A stretch of 64,000 nt of DNA from the human T2T-CHM13v2.0 reference genome, Homo sapiens. Positions 41,111-56,630 of the stretch are shown here, one piece after another (position 1 is the first letter of the stretch; each line of letters opens with the position of its first letter). The notes beneath the pieces were generated by a model. That model was not told the DNA's origin and searched no databases. It saw only the letters and a list, made by a program, of their open reading frames with translations. The DNA is taken from NCBI RefSeq assembly GCF_009914755.1, contig NC_060926.1; one strand, written 5' to 3'. The position numbers were made by a program, and so were the translations under genes.

Positions 41111-42014
41111 GTAGTTTGGCATTAAAATTGGGCAGGGGATGAGGCGGAGAGGGTTTGCAAATACACATTTTCATGCAGCTTGTGGTTGAACATGAATGGG
41201 AATAAAAGTGAAAGGGTGCACTTTGGAAAAGAAATATAAAACCCTAGCTTTCCACTTAATCAGGTGTTCGTGGGATCTTGGTAAAAGTATGAGCCCCAAA
41301 CAATCACTCTTTCATCAGGTAGAAATTAATCATCTACTGGGTGTGTGTGTAAGATTTAAGATGAATCAGACTGCCTTGACCTTGGGAGAGCTTATTAGGA
41401 AATGCCAGAGAGAGGTGTAGAAGTAGAGTCTGATGAACTCATACTGAAAAGCCAGTTCTTTGCTTGTCAGATGGTTGCTGTTTTTTAAATGTCCATTTTA
41501 GTGTGGTTTTTCTGTGACTTCGTTTAAAACTCTGGCAGTGGGCCAGCCCTCTGGAGCCGGTTTTTACCCCTTCAACTAATTAGTTCCTAGGGGCCTGGGA
41601 AGAGAGACCCTTGAATCACCATCAGGGAAGGGTTCTTGAAAGAAGGAAGGGTGGGAATGTGGTTGAGCGGTGCCAGTGTTCTGAGGAGCAGCCTGGGACA
41701 CCATAGATGGCAGGAGGAGGATGGAGGTGAAGAGCTGCCTGCTGGACTTAGAGTCCTTGGAGAAGGGAAGAGTAAACATTGAGAACAGGATGTGAGGAAA
41801 CTAGGGACAGGCTAATCAGAGGAGTAGGTAGAGGCACACCTGGAGCAGCTAAGGCACTGGCTACAGGGTCTATTACTTAAGGCTGGGAGCCTCCTGGGCG
41901 GGTCTGGGTTCAGATGACTTCGAGATGCTGCCGGGAGGAAGGGAGAGGAAAGTCTGGACTGTGTCCAACTGAGTAGTTATGTGATCAGCCCAGGCCCACT
42001 GTCCCTCACCCCCA

Positions 42015-42326
42015 GTTCCAGAACCCAATAAGCTTTGAAGACCGGAAGGTTTGTGTTTTGTTTTGTTTTTATAAGTTTGTGGCAGAATTTTGGCAGTGAG
42101 ACTTGCCCTGTCCAATGGGGGGCTAGTTTTGGTCTTCACTGATCCCTCTGAGTGTGAATTTTCTTACGTTTCTCTGCAGTCTTGTTGATGTCTTTGATTA
42201 AGGGCTGCTACTCTGGGTTGTACCAGAATATATGGTGTATGCATCTTACTACGTTTCTAATGTCCAAAAATGCTGAATTCTGAATCATGGCCCCAAGGGT
42301 TTTCAGAGAGAAGTTGTGAACCTGTA
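42015..42326. mobile_element. Possible old TcMar-Tigger remnant
   Basis: Ends ggccccaagggtttcagagagaagttgtgaacctgta, resembling Tigger-type termini with TA. Confidence 0.35.
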
Positions 42327-43520
42327 GGAGCTTTTCTTGGTAAATGGTAGCAAAAACTGTATCAGAGTGAGACATGGTGAACAAAAGCAAAATGCAGTTC
42401 CTGTTAAGAGGCTAATGTTCAGGTAGGGAAGGAAATGTGCTGAGTGGTGATGGGAATTGGGGGTCATCATGGGTGGGGGGTAGGGCGTCACCCAGCGGCT
42501 GCCCTGGGCCATGGGCTGGGTATAGGCACAGGAAAGTGGTTGTGGGTGTTTCACACTGGTTTGTGCCAGTTCTTGCTCTGCATTGTGTCCGTGGGTTCAG
42601 GGATGGGTCTCCTGCGGAAAGGAGGGACTGGGGGCCGCACCCATGCAGAGGAGAGCCGGGTTGGTCAGAGGAAGTAGATTTGGCAAGCTCCACCTCAACT
42701 AGAAGACAAAAGCAGGATCTGAGTGGGAGCCTGGGCTTCTTCAGCAAGTGGGCACCAGCCCTGGAGCTGTAGGAGAGGGTCCGATGCGGACAGTGGAGAC
42801 ACTGTGCATTTCTGCAGCTTTTGTAACTTCCCTGTGTTTGCGATGGCTTGTGTCACCCCGCTCTCTTTCCACATACTGATTAGCATTCAGCCCTTCTAAA
42901 TGACCAGCACTGTCCCAAGAAAGGGCTGTTAGGGGAGAGCGTGGACACACAGTCTCCCAAGTCCCATCTCATTATAGGTACCTGGGCCAGGGTCCCCAGG
43001 TGTGGGAGAGTGGAGTCTTGACCAATATGGGGATGAATCAGTTGGCACGAGGCGGGCTGGCCCTGCTCTAGCTCAGTCTGAGATGGTGGAGCGTGGAATC
43101 ATATGGTGTGTGTTTTAGGCATGTCATTTCCCCGGGCAGGTAAGACATAAATATAGTAAGGTAGGTCTTTTCTAGTAGTATTGAGAGTGTCCTACTGGGG
43201 CAAAGATGGAGACTAAATTTCCCTTTTTCTTTAAGAGTCAGTTTCTGTTCAGCCTGAGTTAATATCCCACAGCGGAAGCCTCCTTAGCAAATTTCAAAAA
43301 ACCCTGCAGTCTCAACTGCCACTTATGCTGAGCACAGGAAATCAAGTTATTTATAGTTGCAGAACGGTGTTTCAGCGAAGTTGATTGGAGAGTTACCTGA
43401 TTATAGTGAGATTCTTATCCAATCCCTACAGAATTGTGAGACTAAATGTTGGTGCAGCATGTTTGGTCCTCAAAAGGCAATGTCCAAGAGGAACTTCTTA
43501 TCCCCGAAAAATCAGGCTGT

Positions 43521-43531
43521 GTGACTCAGCA
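43521..43531 (+). promoter_or_regulatory. ARE/NF-E2-AP1 motif
   Basis: GTGACTCAGCA is an exact RTGACTCAGCA; motif match only. Confidence 0.4.
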
Positions 43532-44494
43532 AAGGAATTGTTTATGACTGGTTACTCATATGCCAGTGCTTCCAGAATATCTGCTCGTATTTAAAGGAGT
43601 GATCTTGAAGCCCCAGAGGCCATAATGTTTAGATTACCAACCTCTTCACCAATCAGTAAGTCCATTACATCTCACTACGTGTTAGACATGGGACAGGAGA
43701 AGAGGATTTTTATTACCTCACTGTTATTACTGGAGGCCGCCCAAATTTGTTTTTTGTTTTTTTTTTTTAAATAAAGAAGCTTGTTTTCATGGAATGGACT
43801 TACTAGAACTTTTATTATTCAGACTACCTAGATAAAATTAAGTAAATTCGTTTCTTTCTCCCAAATTAAATATTTTGACTACATGCAAGATTTAATCATT
43901 CAAAATTGCCATGTATTTGATTATAGACCAGTAGTATAATCCCCCTGCCCCAGGCCAGATTCCAAAACAATAAACCAAAACACACACACACCTGGCAACA
44001 GAAATTATATGTATTCCGAGACTCATTCATTCATTTTGGAAAGGGCCAGTGTTTCCAGTGGTTTCTCCTTGGGATTGTAACTTTACAACTTTAAAACTAG
44101 GTAAGTAGTTTTCCCTTGAATCTAAAGTATAACTACTTTGTAGTAGAGAAGTAATTTATCTTAAATCACTATAATGAAGATTTACTCTTAATTTTAACCA
44201 AAATGTTTCATTTATTTGTGTAATGAAGATGATCAAAGCAACGCCACCTGTGATCCTTCTGTCTTTTTTACTGTATGTGGCACGTGGCTGTGTGATTTTC
44301 CTAGGGAAAGGAGTGGGCTTTCCCTGTGGGTTGAGAACCTCTGTCCCCCTCCTCTGAAGTTTCCCCAGTTTTTCCTGCTTCTCTGCTAGGTGGGTGCCTT
44401 AGCATGCTTGTCTTCTCATCGTGCTTCTAAACTTCTCTGAACCGGATTTATACTCTTAGGTCAGTAGCTGTCAAAGAAGACACTAAGTAGTGAA

Positions 44495-44700
44495 AGTAGC
44501 TAATATTTACCAAACCCCTGCTGCGCCCACCTGGTGTTTTATGTGAAGGTCTTCTCTAACCCTTGCTGTAACCTCATGGGGAGCAGATCGTTTTCTCTCA
44601 GTTTTTCAGATAAAGAGGAAACTGAGGCTCAGAAAGGTCAGGGACTTTCCAAGCCCTCACAGCTAGTCAGCAGTGGAGCCAGTTCAGACCCAGGCCTGCT
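44495..44700 (-). mobile_element. MIR
   Basis: ttttcagataaagaggaaactgaggctcagaaagg...cacagctagt. Confidence 0.75.
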
Positions 44701-45020
44701 GACTCGGAACTGGTACTGATAACTGTCACCACTGTATGCAATGCTGCAGGCAGGGGCTGGCAGGTAGTAAATGTGCAAGATATAGCTGTGGCTGCCACGG
44801 CTGCTGCTGCTGCTTTTGTCGCTGTTGTCAGCTTTTCTTGGCAGCCCTGCTGTCTCATACCCCAGTATTGGGGCTGAAGGATTTCTTTTTACCAAAGCTG
44901 CCTCTTAGGACAGAAGTCCTTGTCTTGAATGCATACTGGGAAGTCTTCACTCTGTCAAACTTTTCTGTTCTCTGCCTGGTAATTTCCAGACAGAAGAGAA
45001 CATTCAAAGAACGAACTTAC

Positions 45021-45321
45021 TTTCCTTCTTTTTTTTTATTGAGACAGTCGTGCTTGATTGCCCAGGCTGGAATGCAATGGCACAATCTCAGCTCACTGCA
45101 ACCTCCGTTTCCCAGGTGCAACCGATTCTCCTGCCTCAGACCTCTGAAGCAGCTGGGACTACAGGTGCCTGCCACCTCACCCGGCTAATTTTTGTATTTT
45201 TAGTAGAGATGGGGTTTCACCACATTGGCCGGGGTGGTCTCAAACTCCTGACCTCAAGTGATCCTCCCATCTCGGCCTCCCAAAGTGCTGGGATTACAGG
45301 CATGAGCCACCACACCCGGCC
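45021..45321 (-). mobile_element. AluS
   Basis: Full dimer, poly-T at left. Confidence 0.94.
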
Positions 45322-47331
45322 CAATGAGCTTTACTTTTCTACATAAGGAAAATAATGGTAGAAATGAAATAGCTGTGAAACTTGTTTTGCTATTTTTGTA
45401 CCATGCTAAAATGTTAACTACTGCTTATGTCGGCATACACCTGAGAGCTGCTGTGATTTAAGCCTTTTTATTTTTCTGGGTATGATGTAACTCCTCCCCT
45501 ACCTCATCCAAGTAGATAAGTTCATGGAGGATAAACATGACAGCTGCTGTTTCTTTTATAGCTGGTTCCAGGGAATATCCACTGAATATAGGAAAGATTG
45601 TCAGTTGCTGTGTGCTGCCCTGGTGCTGGTGGAGCTTTCAGCCTTCTTCTCAGAGGAAACAATTTAAATGTTTTTGTGAAACCCTAGAGGTCTGGGGTTT
45701 GTAGGACAGTCTTGAGCAGAGCAGGCAAAGGTGAAGGGAGTGGAGCCCAGACGTGCTGCCTGGAGGGAAACCTGTCACCTGGAGAGGAAACGGCACAGGG
45801 GAGGCCCAGCCGCCCTCGCCTCTCAGTCCCGCACGTCTCTGTTAGTGGTAGTCATGGTTCTTGTATTTCCATCATGTTGAGGCAATTGAAGGAAATATGA
45901 AGATTCATTCATCTCAGGAAAAGCAAGAAATGTATTAACAGCAAGAGTAGAAGTTCACTTGCATGGAAGATACTGTATAGCGTATTTATTTCTTAGCGCC
46001 AGTGGGAGTAGCTGCTAAGCCCAAGATTGTGTTGTGAGGTTTGAATAGGTCAATGTGTGAGTCATCAATAAAGTAACATCAATCATTTTGTTCCCGATTA
46101 ATACGTTTGCTATTTTAGGATGCGAAGGACTTTAAAGAAGCTTATTATTCTGAAAAGCAAAGCCTGGAGATTTCCAGTAGCAAAACAGACACAGTCTGTG
46201 GACAATCTCAGTGTACAAATAATTCACCTCTGGCATGAACCCAAAGAATTTCAGAGGGGAAGGAAGCTCTTAAAGATTACGTCCCCTCCTACTTCTTTAA
46301 TGAGGGCTGGGGTTCAAAAACCGAGTAACTTATCCAGGCTCACATAACTGTAGGTGACAGAGCCCAAGCTGGAGGCTGTGGCTGGGTCTTCAGACTCCTT
46401 TCTTGACAGTCTGCACCTGCATAAACTCAGACCTTTACTGAGAACAGTGCAGCCATAGCTGAGAGAAGCAGTCGGCACCCAGCATTTCTTGGACTTGTCT
46501 GCCAGGTCCCCCGAGTGCAGAGGACAGTGTGCTGGCTCCTGGGGCCTGTGGGCCCGGCCAGGAGCAGCCTTGTAAGCTAAAGCCTTCTTTGAAGGTGGCC
46601 GTCTTACCGTAAACTTTCATGGTAATTTCAGTCTACTCCATAATTTGTCTGAGTTAATTTTGATGGAAACATAGTGTTTTAAGTAATCAGTTAGGCTTTG
46701 ATCTCTAACTTTATGCCATCCAAATCTTCATGATGGCCTGAGCACCAGGCACCCAGACCTGTGCTCTGAATTGTGCCGGGGCTGGTTCATACAGTGTGAT
46801 GGAGAGACGAGAGATCCACACTGGAGTTCTGAAGCTGTGGTTCTCAACCCTGTCTTTTTACAAGTTCCTTAACTTCCTTACTAGCCTGAAATGAAATGCA
46901 TAGGTGAGAAAGTCAACCAGCGCACATAATTTCGAGTCAATATAACATTTCCTTAAAAAATAAAATACAGGTAGTTTATAGTAACATAATAAGAATTTTG
47001 ATATAGAAATACTCAAGACCAAGTACACCAGCAGTTGAATGCAGTGATGAGACCTGCACACACCTGTGCCTGGCGTCACAGGGAGGCTGACACAGGTGTG
47101 TTGCACTGAGACCCACACACCACCCCTCATGTTGCTGTCTATGACGTGACATTCTACAAAGTTGACTAACTCTCAGGAAAGTTCTGAACAAAGCCAAGTA
47201 TCATCATCTTCCTTCAATTTCCATGTCGATTGCATTCCTGGAATAGTTCATGTATATTTGAACTGTGTAAAACATATTTTGAGTTTATATGTAAGTTGCA
47301 ATCAGTTTGTAAATCCAAAAATTAAAAATAG

Positions 47332-47681
<350 letters not shown>

Positions 47682-50600
47682 TCAAGGGAAAAGTTCTTCC
47701 CATCGCAGGCGTGTCTGAATGCGGGATGGTTGGCCGACCTGGCCCTGCCCCCCCGCCCCAATACCCTTAGCTTCTTCCCAATCTTTTTGACATCCCAGTC
47801 CCCCCAACATTTCCAAAATGCCCTCTAAGTCAACACTTCCGCCACTGCCAGCTGCCACCCCAGAGTGCCCTGTGCCTGGTAACTATCGTTCTCACAGTCA
47901 TGGCCGTAGGGAAGGCTCTTTGTGGTTCCTGGGGGACTTCGTGAGATTGCCCACATGAGCATTTCTTTTGGAACTGAGATACAGTGCACATCGCCTCTGG
48001 GGGACATGGGGTGGTGGGTACACGGAACCGAGGTGAGCCTCCCTTGCGTTGCGGAGGTGCTAGCCTTGTGCCGTCCGTTCTTGTCCACGTCTGTGCAGGA
48101 GAACATCACCCGGCCCACTTGGTTGCTGTGAATAGCAAACTTTAGAGGCCACTGCATCTGAGGGTTGGGGGGTTTGCAGAGAAAACAAAAGTTGGTGGCT
48201 GTGGCTACTTCCTATAGCAAAGTGGCTCAGGAAAGGGATCCCGTGTCACAGCCTGGGTACACCACGGCCCCTCCAGGAGCTTGATTCCTTCTTAGCTCAG
48301 GGGAAGAATCACACAAGGACCGAGGCCCCTGCTTGTCTGTGAACAAACTGGCCTTTGTGGCCACTTCAGGCTTCGGCTGCATCATATTCCTGTCACATTC
48401 ACGTGAGTGAACTTGAATTACATCCTTAACACTTTTCCAAAAAGGTTATAAACTAGACTGGTGATGTATCATGGGGCCTAGAAAAATAATGCTGCTGCTT
48501 TTTCACTTCTCTGCTTGACGCTAAAACCTGGAGGCGAAAATGAATGTGTGTAATTAATAGGAGAACTTCCTCCTGTTTGCAGAGTGCTTTACAGCTGGCA
48601 AACGGCTTCTCTCCCTGAACAGCCCCGTGGGGCGTCATTTCCATCTGACATCTGAGGAGAGCTGCTGTTCATGGTCCAGTCCTCTGTCCATTGGCCCACT
48701 GGGTGTCCCTAATATGCGCTAACAGGCTCCTGGCAAACGGCGGGCATGGCAGCCACGAATCTGCACATGAGCTGTATGCCCTGGGTCTCCCCTGGGCTCT
48801 GCGGGGGGAGGTGGGAGCCGCCTCTGGTTCACATGCGGTGCTTTCCAGGCTGCAGGGCCTTCTCAGCCTGGGTGGAAGGAGTGACGTCAGAGTATTTCTC
48901 AGGAACTGCCTGCCCTAAAGTTGTGGCTCATAAACCCCTTCCAGCTTCTGTGTAGAATTCTGGACCCCTAGGGTATCACCACAGAGTTTAAAAGCAGAGT
49001 AAGAACATTTCCTGTGACTGTAGGGTGAGAGGCCCTGGGATCTGTAATTCTACACTAGGCTGGAATCCCAGAAAAGCTTCAATGCTCAGGAAATGTATGA
49101 GCAGTGCCAGGATCCCCTGAAGGAGTGTGGGGCTTTTGAAGCAAGCTGCCCAGCGAGCCTCCCGCAGCACCTGCTGTCCCTTTGCCAGCAGTCAGGGCCC
49201 CTGCCCCACCAGTGTTGGTTGTGTTTCTGTTCTTTGAGGAGACCACATGATGATCTTCTGGTAGGAGCCACAAGAAGGATACAAATGCCATTAGAGCTGC
49301 TAGAGCCCCAGACGTCACTGGAATTGGGGTTCAGGGTGTTGGGCTGTCCCCACCCTTAGGCAGTACTCCCACTGCCTACAACACCTCCAGCGCAGGCTGA
49401 GGCCATGCGAGGATGGAAGCACATGTGGGCTAGGCCAGGAGGGCGTGCGGGAGGGCTCTCCACTCTGCGCTCCGCTGGGGTTTCTCCTTGTGTCCTGGTC
49501 AATAACTTCTTCTCTCTCTGGTTCTCCTTGGCCTGAGCCCCCAGCCTGAGCCGGGCTGTCCCTGAGTTCCCTGACCCGGAAGAAGGGACGGCCATTATCT
49601 TTGGGTGACTGTCTTCTTATAGCTGGGAATCTCTGGGGCTCTGAGCGGGAGGCCCATGGGGAGCCCTGGAAGAACAGGCATGGGTTAGACTGTTTACCTC
49701 ACTGCCCTGTGTGCCCTGCCCCGGTAGAAGCCGTTTCTGCTGTGTGGTTCTGTCTAGAACTAGAGCCCCTCAGGGCCCTCTGCATGCCGTGGGGTCCCTT
49801 TGCAAAGCACCTCCTAACATGTGCTTTTATCTGTGGCTCGGGATGGGGATGGTGACTTCTTCACGCAGTCTTCTGCAGGCCTCTCCAGCCTGGCTCCCGA
49901 GATGTCACGCATGGGTCCATGCAGCCCAGAAAAGACCCTGCAGGGGGAGAAGGGTCACTTTGGTGCCTATCTCCCCAGCTGGCCTGTGGGCTGGGTGCCT
50001 GGCAGATGGGGCTCCCAGGGAGGTGCCCCCATAGACTTGGGCTCCACAGCAGGCTGTGGGGCTGGCATTAATGTGGCTGGGAGAGCCTGGCTGTCTTTTT
50101 AGCCATTTGTTTCGGAGGCCCTGGGGGTCATACTTGTGCTTCCTCGTGTATTTTTAGATCTCTTATCACCGTACACACCACCTCCCTATCAGAGGGCTGT
50201 CATATTCACATATGGTAAAATAAGACGCAACAATAGAACTCGAGTCGTGGTTCGGCTTTCTAGGATTAGGACAAGGAGGCAACTTTGATAGTAAATGGAA
50301 TCTTTTTTTCCCAGCCATCCCCACCCTCAAAGAGTATCTTGCTGTAAGACCTAGTTCCTGTAAAACTCTGTCTGTGGGGTCCCTGGCCAGGATGGGTGGG
50401 ATCCCAGGGAAAGGGCCAGGCTGTGTGTTCTGAACAGGAATGGTTCTGGACCAACCATTGTGGGCATTCCTGAGAAGCCAGGGAGCCTGGATCTTGTCAG
50501 AGGAGCTCCTCCCTCTGCTCCATCCTAACCCCGCGGGCAGCAGCAGGAACTGAGAGAGGACACGGTGGGGGCAGCGCTGCAAAACCCAGCAGCGGGCCAC

Positions 50601-52009
50601 CTTCCAGCAGCAGAAAGCATGAGTTTTGGTTTTGGGGCTCTTCCATTTCCTTCCTTCTTTTCTTTCTTTTTAAATTTTTGCTCTTTGTTATGAAACAGCA
50701 GCCAGACCGAGCTATGCATGTCCTGCTGCACGGCAGGGGCCCTTATCTTGAACGACTCCACATACTGGGCAAGGAGGTGGCAGGGGGAGGGGCTTGTGGG
50801 AACCCAGATCTGGGATGGGACTCAGCCAACAGTTTAAAGAGCCCTGTGCCCCCACTACCCAGCCTCAACAATTGTTAGCTTATAGCCGTTTACACCCCAC
50901 CCAGGTTATTTGAAGACAAGTCAGAGGGAGATAATTTCACTGTACTCCTAAATGTTTTAGTATCTCAGCAAAGATTGTATGGGCAGAGAAAGGAGGCTTC
51001 AGGGTGTAGGACCCCAGGAGCAGGCAAGGGCTTGCTCTTTCCCTGTTGGCTCCTGTAGGGTGGGGACAGACCAGCCCCCATGAACCCTAGCGAGGGCCAT
51101 GCCAAGAAGCCGCTGTTCTAATCTAATCAGTGGAGGATCCAGCAAGCTCGGATGGGAGGGAAAGAATGACTCAACCTGCAGGCCGTCTGGGGTATGCACA
51201 GTCTCGTCTCCTGAGTTCTCTGAAGCCCTTTGCAGTTTTTGCTTTGTATCCTAAACTCCACAGGCCCGAACCCTGGCACTGAGCTTGATCCGCTGCAGCC
51301 CAGCCCGTTCCTGTCCCCATGCTGGAAGCAGCCTGTCAACTCACTTCCTTGGTTTCCTGTTGCTCTTCCCACCCCATACCTGCTCCCCACATTTCTATCA
51401 GAGCCCTGTTTCTAAAACAAAAGTCAGATTCCGCTGTGTTCTTAAAACCCTTCAGTGGTTCTGAATTCTTTCAAGACGAGGTTCCAGATACGGAGGCTGA
51501 GGGCGAGGGTCTGCACCCCAGGCGTCTGCACTCCTTGTCACCAGCTCCTGGTCGCAGCCACCCCGGCTCTGCTTGTCCTGTTTCAGGGTCCGGCTTAGGG
51601 CTCCTGTCCTGCGGATGCCTTCCCCAGCCCCCCGGGGTTGGGTCAAGTTCTCCAGAGCAGCCCCCGCCCCTGCCACACGTTTCTTCCCCCATGTGGTCCT
51701 CATCACATGTACATTGTCACCAGGTGCTTTGCCTGTTTCCCTGGAGACTGGGCACCCAAACCACATTTCAGAAATCCCTCCCACTGTCTCAAGCAGTGCT
51801 GAGACAGCATGGCACGTTCACAGCACAGTGCATTCCTGTGGCCTCCCCGGGCCACGGTCAGCCCACAGGCTACTCACAGAAAGTGACAGGCCGTGTTCAG
51901 AAGCTCTTCAAGCAGTCTGACGTGGCTGTGGCCCGTCATGAGATTTTATATTTTACAAAAGTGTCAGTCGATAAAGGATTTGTCCTGCGCCACCGGAGCA
52001 CTGGCCTGA

Positions 52010-52453
<444 letters not shown>

Positions 52454-53379
52454 AACTCTACGGATTTTCTCTCAGGCATCTTAAGCAAGTGGCAAGAGTT
52501 ATTCTGTGGCTAAGTGTGTAGTTTTGTGTTCGTGAAGATGGTCATGCATAGGTTTTGTGCCAGTTTAAATGCTGGCTCATATATTTGTTGGTGTTGAGTT
52601 AGGCAGATTCCAAGAATTGCCTGTAAGCTAAGTTGCCACTTCCGGTATTGCCAGCACTTTGTTTTCCACATATGAGTCATGTGAGGATCGTAAGGGGGGT
52701 AGATGTTCTAGAAGGCAGGGGCTGCAAGGATTTGGAATTGTATTCAGTGACAAATGGACTTCTTTCTGAATTCTAATGTAAGGTGGAGATCGCCATAGTT
52801 GACCTGTCTTGGAGGTGGGCTTGCGTGTGTCCCCATGAGGAATTGATGCCCTAACATGATTCATCCATGGGGTTCCTTTATCAGCCCAAGCCCATGTGCC
52901 TCCCAGCAAAGGTCATTGTTTTTTAGTCTTTAAATGTCATTATCCCCAAGTGAGGGACAGGGTAAACCTGTTAGGCTGAAGGTGGGCCATGATGGGAACC
53001 TTTTCCTGGGTGGAGGGCAGACCCCCGAGAGCAGCGGGGTCTGACAGGGCATTGTTTTGGAGGCCTGCAAGTCTGGAGCAGGTGCAATACTGCACGCTCA
53101 GGCAGGCGAGCTCTGCAAGGACCTTTGGCCAGACCCGAGCAGAGCTAAGCTGGAATAGGGTGGGGTACTGAGCAGGCAGGCGGGGAAGTGGGTGGGCGTG
53201 CAGGTGCCTGGGACCCCCCTCAGCTCACAGAGATACTCGCCCTGTGAGAGCAGGAGTCACCTCAGACCTCCTCTCCTTCTGTTATCTGCTAGTGTGTAAT
53301 AAATATCCACAATTCAGCGGCTTAGAATAACACACAGTTATGATCTCACAGTTTCTGTGGTCAGGAGTCTGGGCACATT

Positions 53380-53716
<337 letters not shown>

Positions 53717-54101
53717 TCACAAGGCTGCAACCAAGGTGTCGGCCAGTCTGGGGTCTTTCTGGAGTTCAGGCCCCTCTTCTGAGCCACGTGTTTGTTGGAA
53801 GAATTCAGTTCCTTGTGGTTGTAGGACTGTGGTCACTGTTCCTGCTGGCGTCAGTCAGCCAGGGGCTGCTCTCAGCTCATCGAGGCCCCCTCCCACTGGG
53901 CAGCTTGCTTTCTCAAAGCCAGCAAGGACACTGACTTCTAGACCCTCTTTTAAAGGGCTTGCCTGATTAGGGCAGGCCCATAGGATAATCTGTCTTTTGA
54001 GCAAGGCAGTCAACTGACGAAGGATTTTAATTATTTTTTTAATACTTTTTGCCATGTAATACAGCCTAATTACAGTGGTGTCATCCATTATGTCCATGGT
54101 C

Positions 54102-54955
<854 letters not shown>

Positions 54956-55284
54956 TAATATGGTCTTGGAAATTGAAAATGGCAACAAGGTATCAAAATC
55001 CTGATGCAGTTGTGATTTTTGACACCCCTTGATTTGAAAGACATGGGGTGGGTTGATAAAGGAGCCAAGCGAATAGAACAAATTCCTCATGAGGACACAA
55101 CCAGGCAACCTCAAGACGACAGATCAAGTGTGGCCAGTTTGCAACTTAGATTAAAACTGAGAAAGAAGGTACATTTGTAATATAGTGTAAGTCTAGGATG
55201 GGAGAGAGGGACGTCCCTGTCAGGACCACCCCCATGCCAGGAGCTTGCTGGCCACCTCGGAAGTCCCATTTTAATATTATCTAG

Positions 55285-55490
55285 GAGCCGGTTGTGGTGG
55301 TGCAAACCTGTAGTCCCAGCTACTCAGGAGGCTGAGGCAGGAGGGTTGCTAGAGCTCAGGAGTTCCTGGCTGCAGTGAGCTGTGATCACACCTGTGAATA
55401 CACACACACACTGCACTTCAGCCTGGGCAACAGAACAAGACCTCATCCCCAAAGGAAAAAGAAAAAAAAAAAAAAGGAAGAAAAAAAGGA
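55285..55490 (+). mobile_element. Alu right monomer (FRAM/AluJ) with internal (CA)n
   Basis: gtggtggtgcaaacctgtagtcccagctac...tacacacacacactgcacttcagcctggg plus A-rich tail. Confidence 0.85.
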
Positions 55491-56179
55491 AAAGATTATG
55501 TAAGACGTCTGAAAACTGTTTATAGAACCATTGTTGGAAGGATTACAGACGTATTCTCAAAAAACACTTCAGTAGAAAGAGGGTGGGGTTTGTTTGATAC
55601 CAGAAAACCTGCACTCAGTAACACTTATGCCATCGAGCTTACGGGGCTGTGGTATCACATGAAGCAGTGAATACGCATGCAGTTTTTAAAATGACTTGTA
55701 AGTTGTTTGTAGAAACAGTTCAGATGCCAGGCTCGATAGCATCATGTCCATTCCTGCTCAAGCATTTGAAACGTTCTCACGGAGCAGAATGTGGCAGAAC
55801 AGCTACAAGCTGAAAAATACTTATATGGAGGCTGATTTTTTTAGTGCAAGGAAGGACTCCAACAGCTAGAACCGTTCTGCTATGATCTTCATTGTGTTGG
55901 GAAAAGGTGGACTCCCAGCACGGCTGTGTTTTAAGGGGAAGCTGAGGGTGCGTGTGTGCTGAGAAGTGACTGGACAGCAGTTCGCTGGGATTACAGTCCC
56001 AGCTCCACGCCAGCCAGCCCTATGGCCTCAGATGGGTCTGGCAGCCTCTCCAGGCCTTCACTTTCTGCTCTGTAAAGCGAGGGGTTGAACTGGAAACCTG
56101 GAGTAGCATCCAGCTGTTAACACTCTGCTCCATGCATCTGTCAGAGCTCCAGAAGGAGGCTGACTGCCCAGCCCTGCCA

Positions 56180-56370
56180 CCTACAGGCTGTGTGACCTTA
56201 GGCAAGTTACTTACCCTCTCTGTGCCTTCGTTCCCTCATATTTAAACTGGGGATGGTAACAGTCTCGGCCTAATGAGGCTGTTGCAAGGAATACATGGCA
56301 TCATATCCATAAAGCTCTTAGAATATTCCTGCCTAGCATGTGGTAAGGACTTGATAAATGGTAGCAGTTC
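56180..56370 (+). mobile_element. MIR
   Basis: gctgtgtgaccttaggcaagttacttaccctctctgtgcctt...cctagcatgtggtaag. Confidence 0.8.
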
Positions 56371-56543
56371 TTATAACTATTTCTATTGCTCCTGACCACC
56401 CTTTTACTCTATGAATCTGGAATTTATTGCTGTATATCTGTTAAACTCTGAACAAGATTTTCTTTCCGCATCATCACTGCTGACCCTGTACTGGGAAGGT
56501 GCCCGCTGCTCTGTCCTCTAATAAGATGCCCTGTCCGTTTCAG

Positions 56544-56630
56544 GCGGAAGCCCGGCTCGCTGCAAAACGGGCGGCCCGCGCGGAGGCTCGCGAGATCCGC
56601 ATGAAGGAGCTGGAGCGGCAGCAGAAGGAG
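56544..56630 (+). CDS. LRRFIP1: LRRFIP1 shared coding exon ([29 protein letters not shown]), N-terminal coiled coil
   Basis: Acceptor ctgtccgtttcAG ending 56543; branch-like CTAAT 56518-56522; 87 nt, phase 0/0; donor GAG|GTAACG at 56631; peptide is the conserved LRRFIP1/LRRFIP2 N-terminal motif. Confidence 0.97.
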
